The notes under the pieces are model-generated. The model had not been told where the DNA came from. It saw only the letters and a program-made list of their open reading frames with translations, and ran no database searches. This document shows positions 1 through 10,527 of a stretch of 64,000 nt of DNA, one piece after another. The stretch covers positions 1,696,001 to 1,760,000 of the forward strand of contig OY771555.1 in the NCBI GenBank assembly GCA_963674785.1. Direction: 5' to 3'. Each line of letters opens with the position of its first letter. Positions within the stretch are counted from its first letter, which is position 1. This stretch comes from Caldisericia bacterium. GTDB taxonomy: Bacteria; Caldisericota; Caldisericia; JAAYUI01. The position numbers and the translations under genes are program-made.

Positions 1-69
1 ACATTTGACTACTCGGTAGCCCTAAGTCTGATGACACCTGAATCTGAATCGTAATCAGAAAATGTTATT

Positions 70-1590
70 TTAATGTAGGAAATGTCTTTGTCCGGTAAAG
101 ACAAGACCTATTCCAAGCTCATTTGCTTTATCGATAACCTCTTGGTCTCTTATCGAACCACCTGGTTCGATAATTGCCTTGATACCAGCCTTTTTTGCTG
201 TCTCAACAGTGTCTGCAAATGGAATGAATGCGTCAGAGGCAAGGTAAGAACCAATTGCTTTTTCTCCAGCCTGATTTGCAGCTATGTTTGCGGATGCAAC
301 TCTGTTTGGTTGTCCAGCACCAACACCTATTGTTGCGAAACCTTTTGTGAGAACAATTGCATTGGATTTTACATGTTTGACTGCAAGCATACCAAAGGCA
401 AGCTCTTCCATGTCAACTTCTGAAACAGTGGCAGTACCTGCTATCTTCATCTCACTAAACAGAGATTTATCAGCTTCTTGTGCAAGAACTCCAAAGGCTG
501 TTCCTCTGAGCCTTACTTTTGTTGTCGATATTTTTGGGTCAAAAGTCAAAAGTCTGAGGTTTTTCTTTTTGGCAAAGACATCCATTGCTCCGTCTGAAAA
601 ACTTGGGGCAAGTATAATCTCAGCAAAAAGCTTTGATACCTCTTTTGCGGTTTCTGGGTCAACCTCTCTGTTGAAGGCAAAAATTCCACCATATGGTGAA
701 ACTTTGTCGCACTCAAAGGCCTTAAGATATGCATCTTTGATGTTACTGCTTATAGCAATCCCAGTTGGCGTAAGATGTTTCATAATAACGGCAGCTGGTT
801 TATCAAACTCAAGAATTGTCTCAAGTGCAGCATCAGCATCGAGAATATTATTGTATGAAAGCTTTTTCCCTTGAAGAAGGTTTATTGGAACATCATTCAT
901 TCCAAATGAGTAGAGGTTTGCTTTCTGATGTGGATTCTCACCATACCTAAGTTCTTGAATTGTTGTTGGCTTTATTGTCTCATCAAGAAGTTCGCTGGTT
1001 TTTGAACCAGTATCTGATTCTCCTGAAAGGTAACCAGAAATTGCTGTGTCGTATGACATTGTCTTCTTAAAAGCTTTGACTGCAAGTTTTTTTCTGTAGT
1101 CTTTATCAAATCTTCCATTACTTATTCTTTCAATGAATTCTTGATATTGATCAGAAGAACTCAAAACAAAAACATCTTTGAAATTTTTTGCAGCAGCCCG
1201 TAAAAGTGTTACTCCACCGATATCAATCTGTTCGACTGCAGATTCTAACGTGCAATCTGGTTTTGCGGTAGTTTCCTCAAATGGATAGAGATTGCAAACA
1301 ACAATATCGATGGGGTAGGATTCAATTTTTTCGAGGTCAGCTGCATCATCGATATTTTCTCTCCTTGAGAGAATTCCAGCAAAAATCTTGGGATTCAATG
1401 TTTTTACTCTCCCACCGAGAACCTCAGGTGTGCCTGTGTATTCAGAAACATCGATTATCTGAAAACCAATATTTCTTAGATATTTTGCGGTTCCTCCGGT
1501 TGAGAGAATCCTGTAGCCTACCACACTCAACTCTCGTACAAGAGGCTCAAGACCAGTCTTGTCAAATGTTGATATCAAAGCGTATTTCAT
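70..1590 (-). CDS. purH: Bifunctional AICAR transformylase/IMP cyclohydrolase
   Basis: ALIS.FDK start, STGGTA, GGRVKTL, IDIGG, LRYGENPHQ, SNAIV, ASDAF, PGGS.RD and TGQRHF motifs. Confidence 0.97.
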   Translation of the reverse strand: MKYALISTFDKTGLEPLVRELSVVGYRILSTGGTAKYLRNIGFQIIDVSEYTGTPEVLGGRVKTLNPKIFAGILSRRENIDDAADLEKIESYPIDIVVCNLYPFEETTAKPDCTLESAVEQIDIGGVTLLRAAAKNFKDVFVLSSSDQYQEFIERISNGRFDKDYRKKLAVKAFKKTMSYDTAISGYLSGESDTGSKTSELLDETIKPTTIQELRYGENPHQKANLYSFGMNDVPINLLQGKKLSYNNILDADAALETILEFDKPAAVIMKHLTPTGIAISSNIKDAYLKAFECDKVSPYGGIFAFNREVDPETAKEVSKLFAEIILAPSFSDGAMDVFAKKKNLRLLTFDPKISTTKVRLRGTAFGVLAQEADKSLFSEMKIAGTATVSEVDMEELAFGMLAVKHVKSNAIVLTKGFATIGVGAGQPNRVASANIAANQAGEKAIGSYLASDAFIPFADTVETAKKAGIKAIIEPGGSIRDQEVIDKANELGIGLVFTGQRHFLH

Positions 1591-2198
1591 TTGTCCTCCA
1601 AAATCCTGACTTTTTTTCCTTCAATTTTTGCATTTCCAGAAAGCACTGTCTTGCATGCTCTCCACAAAGTATCGTGTTCTGTTTTAAGAATCCTTGCAGA
1701 AACTGTATCTTCAGTGTCGTTTTCCAAAACTGGCACGGATTTTTGAATTATGATTGGACCTGTGTCGCATCCTTTATCAATAAAGAATACGCTACAGCCC
1801 GTAATTTTTACACCTGCATCAAATGCTTGTTTCTGAGCGTGAAGACCGGGGAACGAAGGGAGAAGTGATGGATGAATGTTTATCATCCTTCCCCAATATT
1901 TCTCTGTGAATTTATCAGGAGTCAAAAGCATGAATCCAGCATGAACAAGTAGATCAATTTCCAGTGAATCAATCAGTTCAGCAATATCATCGAACATTTG
2001 TTCACGGTTTTCGTAATCCTTTTTTTTGAAAATCTCGTGAGGAATGTTTTCTAGTTCGCAGTAATCGATAGCACCGATCTTTCGCTTGTTTGAGATTACA
2101 ATTTCTATTTCTGCATCAAGCCTTCCATCTTTTATGGCGTTGTTTAAAGCAATAAGGTTTGATCCTCTTCCTGATACAAAAACTGCAATTCTTTTCAT
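1587..2198 (-). CDS. purN: Phosphoribosylglycinamide formyltransferase
   Basis: SGRGSN, AGFM and NIHPSLLPSFPG motifs; ATG at 2198 preferred over the TTG start at 2204. Confidence 0.96.
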   Translation of the reverse strand: MKRIAVFVSGRGSNLIALNNAIKDGRLDAEIEIVISNKRKIGAIDYCELENIPHEIFKKKDYENREQMFDDIAELIDSLEIDLLVHAGFMLLTPDKFTEKYWGRMINIHPSLLPSFPGLHAQKQAFDAGVKITGCSVFFIDKGCDTGPIIIQKSVPVLENDTEDTVSARILKTEHDTLWRACKTVLSGNAKIEGKKVRILEDK

Positions 2199-2200
2199 AA

Positions 2201-3205
2201 TCAAATCAACTCAACTGAAGGTTTATCGTTCCCTTTTATACTACCAATAATTCTAGCCCCAGGATAGAGCGACATTGTTTTTGTGGCATCTTTTTCCGGT
2301 ACAATTACAACCATTCCAATGCCCATATTAAATGTCCTGTAGGCTGAGTGTTCATCAAGCTCACCCTCTTTTACTGCAAGTTCGATAACTGGTATTTTTG
2401 GAAGAGTTGATTTTTCAATAACAGCGGTACCTGATTTGAGAGTCCTTGGGATATTATCAAGAAGTCCGCCGCCCGTGATATGGGTTAGACCCCTGACATC
2501 AACTGCTGAAATCATTCTCAAAATGTATGGCGCATAAATTATTGTTGGCTCAAGCATCGCAAGACCAAGATTTGGAATGCCAGGAAAACTGTCATTCAAA
2601 TCATGATTTTCAAGCAGGATTTTTCTTGCAAGCGTGTATCCATTTGAGTGGAATCCAGACGATGGTAGTCCAACAAGGACATCACCTTCAGAGATTTTTG
2701 AACCATCAATAATCTTTGATTTTTCAACTATCCCAACTGCAAAACCCGCAAGGTCATATTCGTCATCATCATACATATCACCCATCTGGGCTGTTTCACC
2801 ACCAATGAGTGCACATCCTGATTGTCTACAACCTTCTGTTAGGCCTTTGATTATTTCTACAGCAATCCTGTTGTTAAGTTTGCCAACAGCAAGATAATCA
2901 AGGAAATAAAGTGGTTTTGCTCCACAGCAAACAATGTCATCAACATTCATGGCGACACAATCTAAGCCGATTGTATCATGTTTATCCATCTGGATTGAAA
3001 GCAAAACCTTTGTTCCAACACCATCTGTACCAGAAACAAGCACTGGTTCTTTGTAACCAGATGGAATCTCAAACATTGCACCAAAATCTCCAAGACCTCC
3101 AAGAACACCAGGTGTTTTTGTTGAATTCACCATATCCTTGATGTGTTCAACAAAAAGGTCACCTTTGGTCTGAGAAACTCCGGCTTTTTCGTATGCGTCA
3201 GGCAT
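2201..3205 (-). CDS. purM: AIR synthetase
   Basis: [30 protein letters not shown] and TFNMGIG motifs. Confidence 0.97.
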   Translation of the reverse strand: MPDAYEKAGVSQTKGDLFVEHIKDMVNSTKTPGVLGGLGDFGAMFEIPSGYKEPVLVSGTDGVGTKVLLSIQMDKHDTIGLDCVAMNVDDIVCCGAKPLYFLDYLAVGKLNNRIAVEIIKGLTEGCRQSGCALIGGETAQMGDMYDDDEYDLAGFAVGIVEKSKIIDGSKISEGDVLVGLPSSGFHSNGYTLARKILLENHDLNDSFPGIPNLGLAMLEPTIIYAPYILRMISAVDVRGLTHITGGGLLDNIPRTLKSGTAVIEKSTLPKIPVIELAVKEGELDEHSAYRTFNMGIGMVVIVPEKDATKTMSLYPGARIIGSIKGNDKPSVELI

Positions 3206-5393
3206 CCATCTTCTCCCTTAAAGAGTTGAAGTAAAGATTTGAGAGCTCTTCAACCGGAATATCAAAACTTCCCGAAAGTGAGAGAGTATTTCCACCAACA
3301 ACACCTATTATCTCTGCTGGAACCTCATGTTTTGTTGCAAGTTCCTGCATCTGCAGGACTTTTTCAGGTGGGACTGAAATCAAGGCTCTGGCGGCAGTTT
3401 CTGAGAAAAGCTGTTCAGTAAGCTTTGAGCCCTTGGATTTTAGAGAAATCTGACAGCCAATTCCTGATTCACAAACTGATTCTATTAAAACTGCTGCAAG
3501 TCCCCCTTCGGATAGGTCTGATGCAGAGGCAAGATATCCCTTATCTGTAGCATCAAGCAAAAGATCACCAAGGGCAATCTCAGCCTCAGGTCGGACAGCT
3601 GGTGGTCTTCCGAAAGTTTTTCCTTCGAGAATGTCGTAAAGAAGTGATCCACCAAATTCACTGTAAGTGTTTCCAAGAAGCATTACTACATCACTTGTTC
3701 TCTGGAAAGAGGGAGGATTGATTTTATCTTTGTCAGCGATTCCAACCATACAAACAACAGGGGTTGGCTTGATTGCACCTTCTGGGCTTTCATTATAGAG
3801 ACTGACATTCCCTGAAATTACGGGAATATTCAGTTCTTCGAGTGCTTCAATCATTCCCTTAACACATTCTGCAAACTCGTAATAAACCTCTGGTTTGTTC
3901 GGGTTACCGAAGTTTAAGCAATCCGAAATTGCAAGAGGTTTTGCACCAGTTGCAAATAGATTTCTTGCACCTTCAAAGACAGTTTGTGCACCACCATGTC
4001 GTGGATGAAGATAACAGTACTTGGGTTTGGCATCACTTGTTACAGCGATTGCCTTGTTTGTATTTTTTATTCTTATAACTCCAGAACCTACAGATGGTGG
4101 AATAACAGTGTTTGTAAGAAGGGTAGTATCATACTGATGATAAGCCCATTCCTTTGAGCAGCCCTCACCTGAACTTGCCATTTTTTTGATGAGGTTCTCA
4201 TGATCCCAAGACGGAAGTACAAATCCTGAAGGCTCTCGCATCCTCGATTCAAGATCAGGTCTTTTTGTAGGAAGGTCATATTCTGGAGCAGAATCAGTGA
4301 GGTATGAAACTGGGATATTACAGACAGTTTCACCTTTTTCGACAATTGTGATATTCCCTGAATCAGTTACTTCACCAATAACAGCAGAATCCAAATCCCA
4401 TTTCGTGAGTATTTCATGGATCTTTTCAACGTTTTCAGGTTTGACCATCAGAAGCATTCGCTCTTGAGATTCAGAAAGCATAAACTCATATGCAGTCATG
4501 TTTTCAGCACGTCTCGGAACAGAATCCATGTTGAGGATTATTCCTCTGCCGGTTCTTCCGCACATTTCAACGGATGATGATGTGAGTCCAGCTGCACCGA
4601 GGTCTTGTACGGCCTCGATGGCATCTTCTGAAATAAGTTCGAGAGTGGCCTCGATTAGAAGTTTCTCTAAGAATGGGTCACCAACCTGGACGGCTGATCT
4701 TTTTTCTTCTGATTCGTCTGAAAGCTCATCAGAGGCAAAAGTCGCACCATGAATCCCGTCTCTTCCGGTTTTTGCACCGATTATCATGACGACATCACCT
4801 GGCTCTGATGCTCTTGCATACTTGATTTCATTATGTTTTGCGATACCAAGGCAGAAAACATTTACGAGTGGATTGATCTTGTAGCAATCATCGAAATGAA
4901 GTTCTCCACCGAGGTTTGGAACTCCAACACAATTTCCATATCCTGCAATTCCTCTTACAACACCATCAAGCAAATTTCTTGAGTGAGCATCAGAAGTTGG
5001 GCCAAAAAAGAGTGGATCAAGTGTGAGGATAGGTCTTGCACCCATAGTGAAAATGTCTCGGATTATTCCACCAACTCCTGTCGCTGCACCCTGATAGGGT
5101 TCAATGGCCGATGGGTGATTGTGACTTTCAACCTTGAAAACAACAGCCAGGTCATCACCAATATCTACAACACCAGCGTTTTCACCAGGTCCTTGGATTA
5201 CTGCAGGGGATTTGGTTGGGAATTTTCTTAGATACGGTTTTGAGGATTTGTATGAACAATGCTCTGACCACATAACAGAAAAAATGGCAAGCTCCAAGTA
5301 ATTTGGAGTCCTTGCCATTTTATCAACGATAAGTTGAAATTCACTTTCAGTCAGTCCAAATTCAAGGGCTGACGCAAGCGTTCCTTCTTTCAT
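3198..5393 (-). CDS. purL: FGAM synthase subunit PurL (small form)
   Basis: [45 protein letters not shown] and SGNVSLYN motifs; 731 aa with no glutaminase domain. Confidence 0.97.
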   Translation of the reverse strand: MKEGTLASALEFGLTESEFQLIVDKMARTPNYLELAIFSVMWSEHCSYKSSKPYLRKFPTKSPAVIQGPGENAGVVDIGDDLAVVFKVESHNHPSAIEPYQGAATGVGGIIRDIFTMGARPILTLDPLFFGPTSDAHSRNLLDGVVRGIAGYGNCVGVPNLGGELHFDDCYKINPLVNVFCLGIAKHNEIKYARASEPGDVVMIIGAKTGRDGIHGATFASDELSDESEEKRSAVQVGDPFLEKLLIEATLELISEDAIEAVQDLGAAGLTSSSVEMCGRTGRGIILNMDSVPRRAENMTAYEFMLSESQERMLLMVKPENVEKIHEILTKWDLDSAVIGEVTDSGNITIVEKGETVCNIPVSYLTDSAPEYDLPTKRPDLESRMREPSGFVLPSWDHENLIKKMASSGEGCSKEWAYHQYDTTLLTNTVIPPSVGSGVIRIKNTNKAIAVTSDAKPKYCYLHPRHGGAQTVFEGARNLFATGAKPLAISDCLNFGNPNKPEVYYEFAECVKGMIEALEELNIPVISGNVSLYNESPEGAIKPTPVVCMVGIADKDKINPPSFQRTSDVVMLLGNTYSEFGGSLLYDILEGKTFGRPPAVRPEAEIALGDLLLDATDKGYLASASDLSEGGLAAVLIESVCESGIGCQISLKSKGSKLTEQLFSETAARALISVPPEKVLQMQELATKHEVPAEIIGVVGGNTLSLSGSFDIPVEELSNLYFNSLREKMDA

Positions 5394-6598
5394 ATAAGTC
5401 CTTTTTCTTCTACAATTTTCTTTGTGTCTCTAGCAATCACAAGCTCTTCATTTGTTGGGATAACAAGTACTCTGACAGTTGCGTCTGGGCTACTGATATC
5501 TCTTGCTTCCTTGCTTCTGATTATATTCTTTTCGTAGTCAAGTTCAATACCCATGAACTCAAGATTCTCACACACTTTTCCTCTTGTGTGTTCTGAATTC
5601 TCACCAATTCCTGCAGTAAAGACTACCACATCAAGTCCACCCATGATGGCAGCATATGCTCCAATGTATCTAGTGATTCTTCTGCTCATGACATTGAAAG
5701 CTAATGTATGTTTTTCTTTACCCTCAACCATACCATCATCAACATCTCTTGAGTCATGTGAACCACAAAGACCGAGAAGTCCACTCTTTTTATTCATGAG
5801 TTGGTCAACTTCATCAATCGTGAGTCCTTCTTTTTCCATGATGAATTTAACAAGAGCAGGGTCGATGTCACCACATCTTGTACCCATGACGAGTCCCTCA
5901 AGTGGGGTCATACCCATTGATGTTGCAACTGAAACTCCGCCATCAACAGCACAAACTGAACAGCCGTTTCCAAGGTGACAGGTAACAATCTTGAGGTCTT
6001 TGATATCTTTTTTCAAAAACTTTGCAGCTTCCTGAGATACGAAGTAGTGTGAGGTTCCGTGGAAACCGTATCTTCTAATACCATGTTTTTCGTAGAGCTC
6101 GTATGGGATTGCGTAAAGATATGACTCTGGTGGCATTGTCTGGTGGAACGCTGTATCAAAAACTCCACACTGTGGAACATTTGGGAGAATCTTTTTAAAC
6201 GCTGCAATTCCTCCTAGGTTTGGAGGGTTGTGAAGTGGTGCAAGTGGAATGCACTCTTCCATTTTGTCAATTACATCCTGTGTTATATGCTGCGATCCTG
6301 AGAATGTTTCTGCACCATGAACAACTCTGTGTCCAACGGCGTCAATCTCATTAACATCTTTGATGACACCGATTTTTGGGTCGGTGATCTCTTTTAAAAT
6401 CAGGTTGATACCATCTTCGTAATTAAGGATGGGTTTTATTTCTTTGATCTTTTTTTCGTCTAAACGTTGATAATTTGAAATTGCATCTTCAAAACCAATT
6501 TTCTCGAGTAATCCATTACAAAGCTCTTTTTCGCCTTCCATATCATAAAGTTTAAATTTAATAGACGATGAACCGCAGTTAATAACGAGTACCTTCAA
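5390..6598 (-). CDS. ackA: Acetate kinase
   Basis: [37 protein letters not shown] and PTNEE motifs; TTG start with GGAGG Shine-Dalgarno. Confidence 0.97.
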   Translation of the reverse strand: MKVLVINCGSSSIKFKLYDMEGEKELCNGLLEKIGFEDAISNYQRLDEKKIKEIKPILNYEDGINLILKEITDPKIGVIKDVNEIDAVGHRVVHGAETFSGSQHITQDVIDKMEECIPLAPLHNPPNLGGIAAFKKILPNVPQCGVFDTAFHQTMPPESYLYAIPYELYEKHGIRRYGFHGTSHYFVSQEAAKFLKKDIKDLKIVTCHLGNGCSVCAVDGGVSVATSMGMTPLEGLVMGTRCGDIDPALVKFIMEKEGLTIDEVDQLMNKKSGLLGLCGSHDSRDVDDGMVEGKEKHTLAFNVMSRRITRYIGAYAAIMGGLDVVVFTAGIGENSEHTRGKVCENLEFMGIELDYEKNIIRSKEARDISSPDATVRVLVIPTNEELVIARDTKKIVEEKGLI

Positions 6599-6650
6599 GG
6601 TAACCTCCAGAGGATTGAGTTTCTTGTGAGAATCAATCTCACTCGACCTG

Positions 6651-6678
6651 ATTATATATTTCAGTGATTTTCAATCAA
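6651..6678 (-). promoter_or_regulatory. Putative sigma70-type promoter for ackA-pur operon
   Basis: Minus strand TTGATT-N16-TATAAT about 50 nt upstream of the ackA start. Confidence 0.55.
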
Positions 6679-6690
6679 GGATTTTTGGGT

Positions 6691-7008
6691 CTACCTCTTT
6701 GTTCTGCTCATTTTTTCTCGTTTATGTCCTGGCCCTTCTGGAAACCACTTTTTCTCAACTCTGTCATATTGTTTGGAAACTTCATGGACAGTCCACAGAA
6801 GGTTTACTCCAAGGATTACCAGTGACCCTTTTATAAGCATCGAGGAGATGAAAAATGATGAAACAATCGATATTATTCCTGCGATGAGGAAAATCCACCA
6901 ACCTTTTGTTCCCCATTTATACTCCCATTTGACCGTGATTATGTGAAGAGCACCAGTTGAGGCAAGCAATACAACTCCAAAAATTAGGTGTGAAAAATCA
7001 AGAATCAT
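6691..7008 (-). CDS. Small membrane protein, DUF4491-like
   Basis: G..H..VK.EY.WG..WW.F...G pattern, C-terminal RV.K.WFP, about three TM segments. Confidence 0.7.
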   Translation of the reverse strand: MILDFSHLIFGVVLLASTGALHIITVKWEYKWGTKGWWIFLIAGIISIVSSFFISSMLIKGSLVILGVNLLWTVHEVSKQYDRVEKKWFPEGPGHKREKMSRTKR

Positions 7009-7537
7009 TTTCTACTCCGTTTGTATACCTATCGAAGACATTCATCAATCCAAAGATAACTGCCCCCAAACCAATGTCTTTTAGAAAATATGGAATCATC
7101 AACACATTTTGGATGGGATACACCTTCCCAAGATAAAATCTTGTGATAATCCAGAACCATGGAATACCAACAATATAAGTTATCAGGATTCCTAGGATAA
7201 TTGCCAAAATCCTTTTTGAATCTTTGTTATCCCAAAGAAATCCTGTAATCCAGGCAGAGATGGGGAAGCCGATGATGAACCCAAATGTTGGACTGAGAGC
7301 ATATCCAATTCCGCCACCTGTTGCAAAAACAGGTAACCCAACAAGCCCAAGGATTATGTAGATTACCATGCAAAGCGGTGCCAAAAATTTTCCAAGAAAT
7401 ATCCCTGACGCAATGGTAACAACAAGCTGAAATGTTAATGGAACATATGGAAATGGGATTTGAATCTTTGCAGATACCACCATCAGAGCGATGAAGATAC
7501 CGCCCATTACAAGATCTTTTGTTTTGATATTTTTCAT
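6998..7537 (-). CDS. bioY: Biotin ECF S-component BioY
   Basis: VPLTFQ, GLPVFA.GGG and PTFGFIIGF motifs. Confidence 0.92.
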   Translation of the reverse strand: MKNIKTKDLVMGGIFIALMVVSAKIQIPFPYVPLTFQLVVTIASGIFLGKFLAPLCMVIYIILGLVGLPVFATGGGIGYALSPTFGFIIGFPISAWITGFLWDNKDSKRILAIILGILITYIVGIPWFWIITRFYLGKVYPIQNVLMIPYFLKDIGLGAVIFGLMNVFDRYTNGVENDS

Positions 7538-8646
7538 ATAATAAATTCCTGAAAGATTTTATTCGATTTCAAAACCATATCATCTTTGATTCTGTATATA
7601 CCATCCGACTCGATAAGCATTTCTTTTGTTACAAGGTTATTAAGAATTTCCTTAATCTCTGATATTACCCCTATTTCAAGGTGTTCTTTTAATTGATTAA
7701 AATCCAGTCCTTCTAAAAGCATCCGAAGGGATAACATTGCAGTATCAAAAGCTTTTTCTTTTTCTGTGAGCTCTTCTTCAACGATTTTTTGAGTTGTTGG
7801 AGAGTGTATATAATCATCCAGATTGCACTTGTTTTTGAATCTGACTCCATCTACAAATGATGATGCTCCAGCCCCCAAACCGATGTAATCATATCCCCTC
7901 CAGCAGTTTAGATTGTGAATCGGTTCTTCTCCCGGTTTTGAAAAATTGGAAATCTCTACATGCTGGAAGCCTTTTTTGATAAGAAAATCTCTTAGAATAA
8001 AGAATAGCTCTACCTGCTTATCAGTTGACGGCAGACTGCTTGGAATATGTCTCGAAAGGGGTGTTCCTTCTTCAATCGAAAGACAGTACGCTGAAATCTG
8101 TCCCACATCAAGATTTGTCAAAGTTTCAAGTGTTTCAAGCAGAGATTCCTTTGTTTGATGAGGAAGCCCGATCATCACATCAACTGAGATTCTTCCAAAA
8201 CCAATCTCCCTTGCAAGCCTTATTGTATCTAGTGCATGACTTCGATTGTGCAATCTATCAACTGACTGTAGTTCCAGGTTTGATAGAGATTGCACTCCAA
8301 TTGATATTCGATTAATTCCGGAATCTTTTGTAGCAGACAGAAATTCTTCTGTCGCTGATTCAGGGTTTACTTCAATTGTTGCTTCAGAAAGTTCAAACTC
8401 AAAGACTTCTTTTAATCCATCGATAAGTCTCGAAACACTTTTTCCAAGAAGACTTGGTGTTCCCCCGCCAATGTAGAGGGTATCGATACTTGTATTTCTA
8501 TATAAGTCTGCTTCAGCGAGTAGGGCTTCAATGTAATTCTCAATCCTTCCATCAAAATTGGTGACCGAAAAGAAATCGCAATAGGAACACTTTTTTTTGC
8601 AGAAAGGTATATGGACATAAAGCCCCTTACTTTTTCTTGTTATCAT
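7534..8646 (-). CDS. hemW: Radical SAM heme chaperone HemW (HemN-like)
   Basis: LYVHIPFCxxxCxYCDF, GGGTPS, RISIGVQS and EISNF motifs; canonical position after lepA; start uncertain. Confidence 0.88.
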   Translation of the reverse strand: MITRKSKGLYVHIPFCKKKCSYCDFFSVTNFDGRIENYIEALLAEADLYRNTSIDTLYIGGGTPSLLGKSVSRLIDGLKEVFEFELSEATIEVNPESATEEFLSATKDSGINRISIGVQSLSNLELQSVDRLHNRSHALDTIRLAREIGFGRISVDVMIGLPHQTKESLLETLETLTNLDVGQISAYCLSIEEGTPLSRHIPSSLPSTDKQVELFFILRDFLIKKGFQHVEISNFSKPGEEPIHNLNCWRGYDYIGLGAGASSFVDGVRFKNKCNLDDYIHSPTTQKIVEEELTEKEKAFDTAMLSLRMLLEGLDFNQLKEHLEIGVISEIKEILNNLVTKEMLIESDGIYRIKDDMVLKSNKIFQEFII

Positions 8647-10435
8647 CTCCCTGAACTTGTAGCAGTGAAAGGAATGCCTCTTGAGGAACCTCGACTGATC
8701 CAATCATCTTCATCCTCTTCTTACCCTTTTTCTGTTTTTCAAGAAGCTTCTTTTTTCTTGTAACATCGCCACCATAACATTTTGCAAGAACATCTTTTCT
8801 GACTGGTGAAATGTCTTCTCTGGCGATGATTTTTCCATTTATCGCTCCCTGAAGCGGGATTTTGAATTGCTGCCTTGGGATAAGCTTAAGTAGTCTGTGA
8901 ACAAGTTTCCTTGCCTTGGTGACAGCACTTTCTCTTTCTGAGATATATGATAAGGCATCCACTTGATCAGAGTTTACAAGGATGTCTACTTTTACGAGGT
9001 CACCCTTCTCAAACCCTTTAAAGTCATAATCAAGGCTTGCGTAACCCCTGCTTACAGTTTTAAGTTTGTCGTAGAAATCAATTATCATTTCCGCCAGTGG
9101 AAGGTCGTATATAAGTGTTGTTCTTCTATCGTCAGGATATTCCATATCTACAAGTTTTCCACGTTTTGAATTGGCAAGCTCCATACATGAACCAACGTAG
9201 TCAGATGGTACAATAATTTTTGTCCTTACAATTGGTTCTTTTATGTGGTCAATCTCTTGAACTGTTGGGAATTTTGATGGGTTTTCAATATTGAGTTCTT
9301 CGCCGTCAGTCCTTATTACTTTGTATGCAACCGATGGCATTGTCGCGATAAGCTCCTGGTCAAATTCTCTTCTGATTCTCTCAAGGAAGATCTCCATATG
9401 AAGCATTCCAAGGAAACCAATTCTGAAACCATGACCAAGTGCAGCCGAACTCTCTTTTTCAAATGTGATTGATGAATCATTCAACTCAAGCTTATTTATG
9501 GACTTCAGGAGTTTGTCATAATCGTTTGTGTTGATTGGATAGATTCCACAGAAGACCATTGGTTTCATTTTTTTGAATCCTGGTATTGCGTCCGTATTTG
9601 GGTGATCAGCAGAAATGATTGTGTCTCCTACATGGATATCCTTAACATCCCTGATTACAGCACATAGGTATCCAACCTCACCGGCTTCGAGATTATTGGA
9701 TTTCTCCATCCTAATTCCGAAATATCCAACTTCCTCAACCTCATACTGTTTGCCGGTTGACTTAACCTGAATCTTATCCCCTTGTTTCAAGCTTCCATCA
9801 AAAATCCTTATGTGGCAGATCGTGCCTCTGTATGTATCATAATGAGAATCAAAGATTAAAGCCTTCAGTGGCTTATCGGTATTGGTTGATGGGGGAGGAA
9901 TCAGATCAGGAAGTGCTTCGAGTAGCTCGGGGACACCTGTTCCATCCTTTGCCGATACCTTAAGGGCATTGTCTGTCAAAATACCAAGCATATCCTCAAT
10001 CTGCATTTTTGTATCATCAACCATTGCGTGAGGAAGGTCGATTTTATTTAAAACAGGAATGATCTCCAGATTGGCATCAACTGCAAGATAAGCGTTTGCA
10101 ACTGTTTGGGCTTCCACTCCTTGACTGACATCAACAAGCAAAAGTGCTGCTTCGCAAGCATAAAGTGATCTTGAAACCTCGTAGTTGAAGTCAACATGAC
10201 CGGGTGTATCGATTAAGTTAAATATATACTCTCTACCATCACTTGCCTTAAAGGGTATCCTGATTGTTGTTGCTTTTATTGTTATTCCACGTTCTTTTTC
10301 AAGTTCCATTGAGTCAAGAACCTGCTCATTATTCTTGCTGTGGATGACTCCAGTCATCTCCAAAATACGATCAGCAAGGGTTGATTTCCCGTGGTCAATA
10401 TGCGCTATAATGCTGAAATTTCTTATATTACTCAT
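8627..10435 (-). CDS. lepA: Elongation factor 4
   Basis: IRNFSIIAHIDHGKSTLADR, DTPGH, KCYGGD and VPQEAF motifs; ATG at 10435 with GGAG. Confidence 0.98.
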   Translation of the reverse strand: MSNIRNFSIIAHIDHGKSTLADRILEMTGVIHSKNNEQVLDSMELEKERGITIKATTIRIPFKASDGREYIFNLIDTPGHVDFNYEVSRSLYACEAALLLVDVSQGVEAQTVANAYLAVDANLEIIPVLNKIDLPHAMVDDTKMQIEDMLGILTDNALKVSAKDGTGVPELLEALPDLIPPPSTNTDKPLKALIFDSHYDTYRGTICHIRIFDGSLKQGDKIQVKSTGKQYEVEEVGYFGIRMEKSNNLEAGEVGYLCAVIRDVKDIHVGDTIISADHPNTDAIPGFKKMKPMVFCGIYPINTNDYDKLLKSINKLELNDSSITFEKESSAALGHGFRIGFLGMLHMEIFLERIRREFDQELIATMPSVAYKVIRTDGEELNIENPSKFPTVQEIDHIKEPIVRTKIIVPSDYVGSCMELANSKRGKLVDMEYPDDRRTTLIYDLPLAEMIIDFYDKLKTVSRGYASLDYDFKGFEKGDLVKVDILVNSDQVDALSYISERESAVTKARKLVHRLLKLIPRQQFKIPLQGAINGKIIAREDISPVRKDVLAKCYGGDVTRKKKLLEKQKKGKKRMKMIGSVEVPQEAFLSLLQVQGDDNKKK

Positions 10436-10452
10436 AAATTCTCCGAGCTGGA

Positions 10453-10481
10453 ATGTTAACACATCCAAATCAACTGGTCAA
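10453..10481 (-). promoter_or_regulatory. Putative promoter for lepA operon
   Basis: Minus strand TTGACC-N17-TAACAT with TG extension. Confidence 0.55.
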
Positions 10482-10527
10482 TATAAACACTTGACAGCGG
10501 TTGTCTACCCCTCTAAAAACTTACACC

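Noticed and set aside
1-69. Possible gene end at the window edge
   Set aside because: Too short to assign a strand or product
6624-6645. Rex operator upstream of ackA (TTGTGA...TCAC)
   Set aside because: Half-site spacing is 9 nt rather than the 6 nt of TTGTGA-N6-TCACAA, and the second half-site is imperfect
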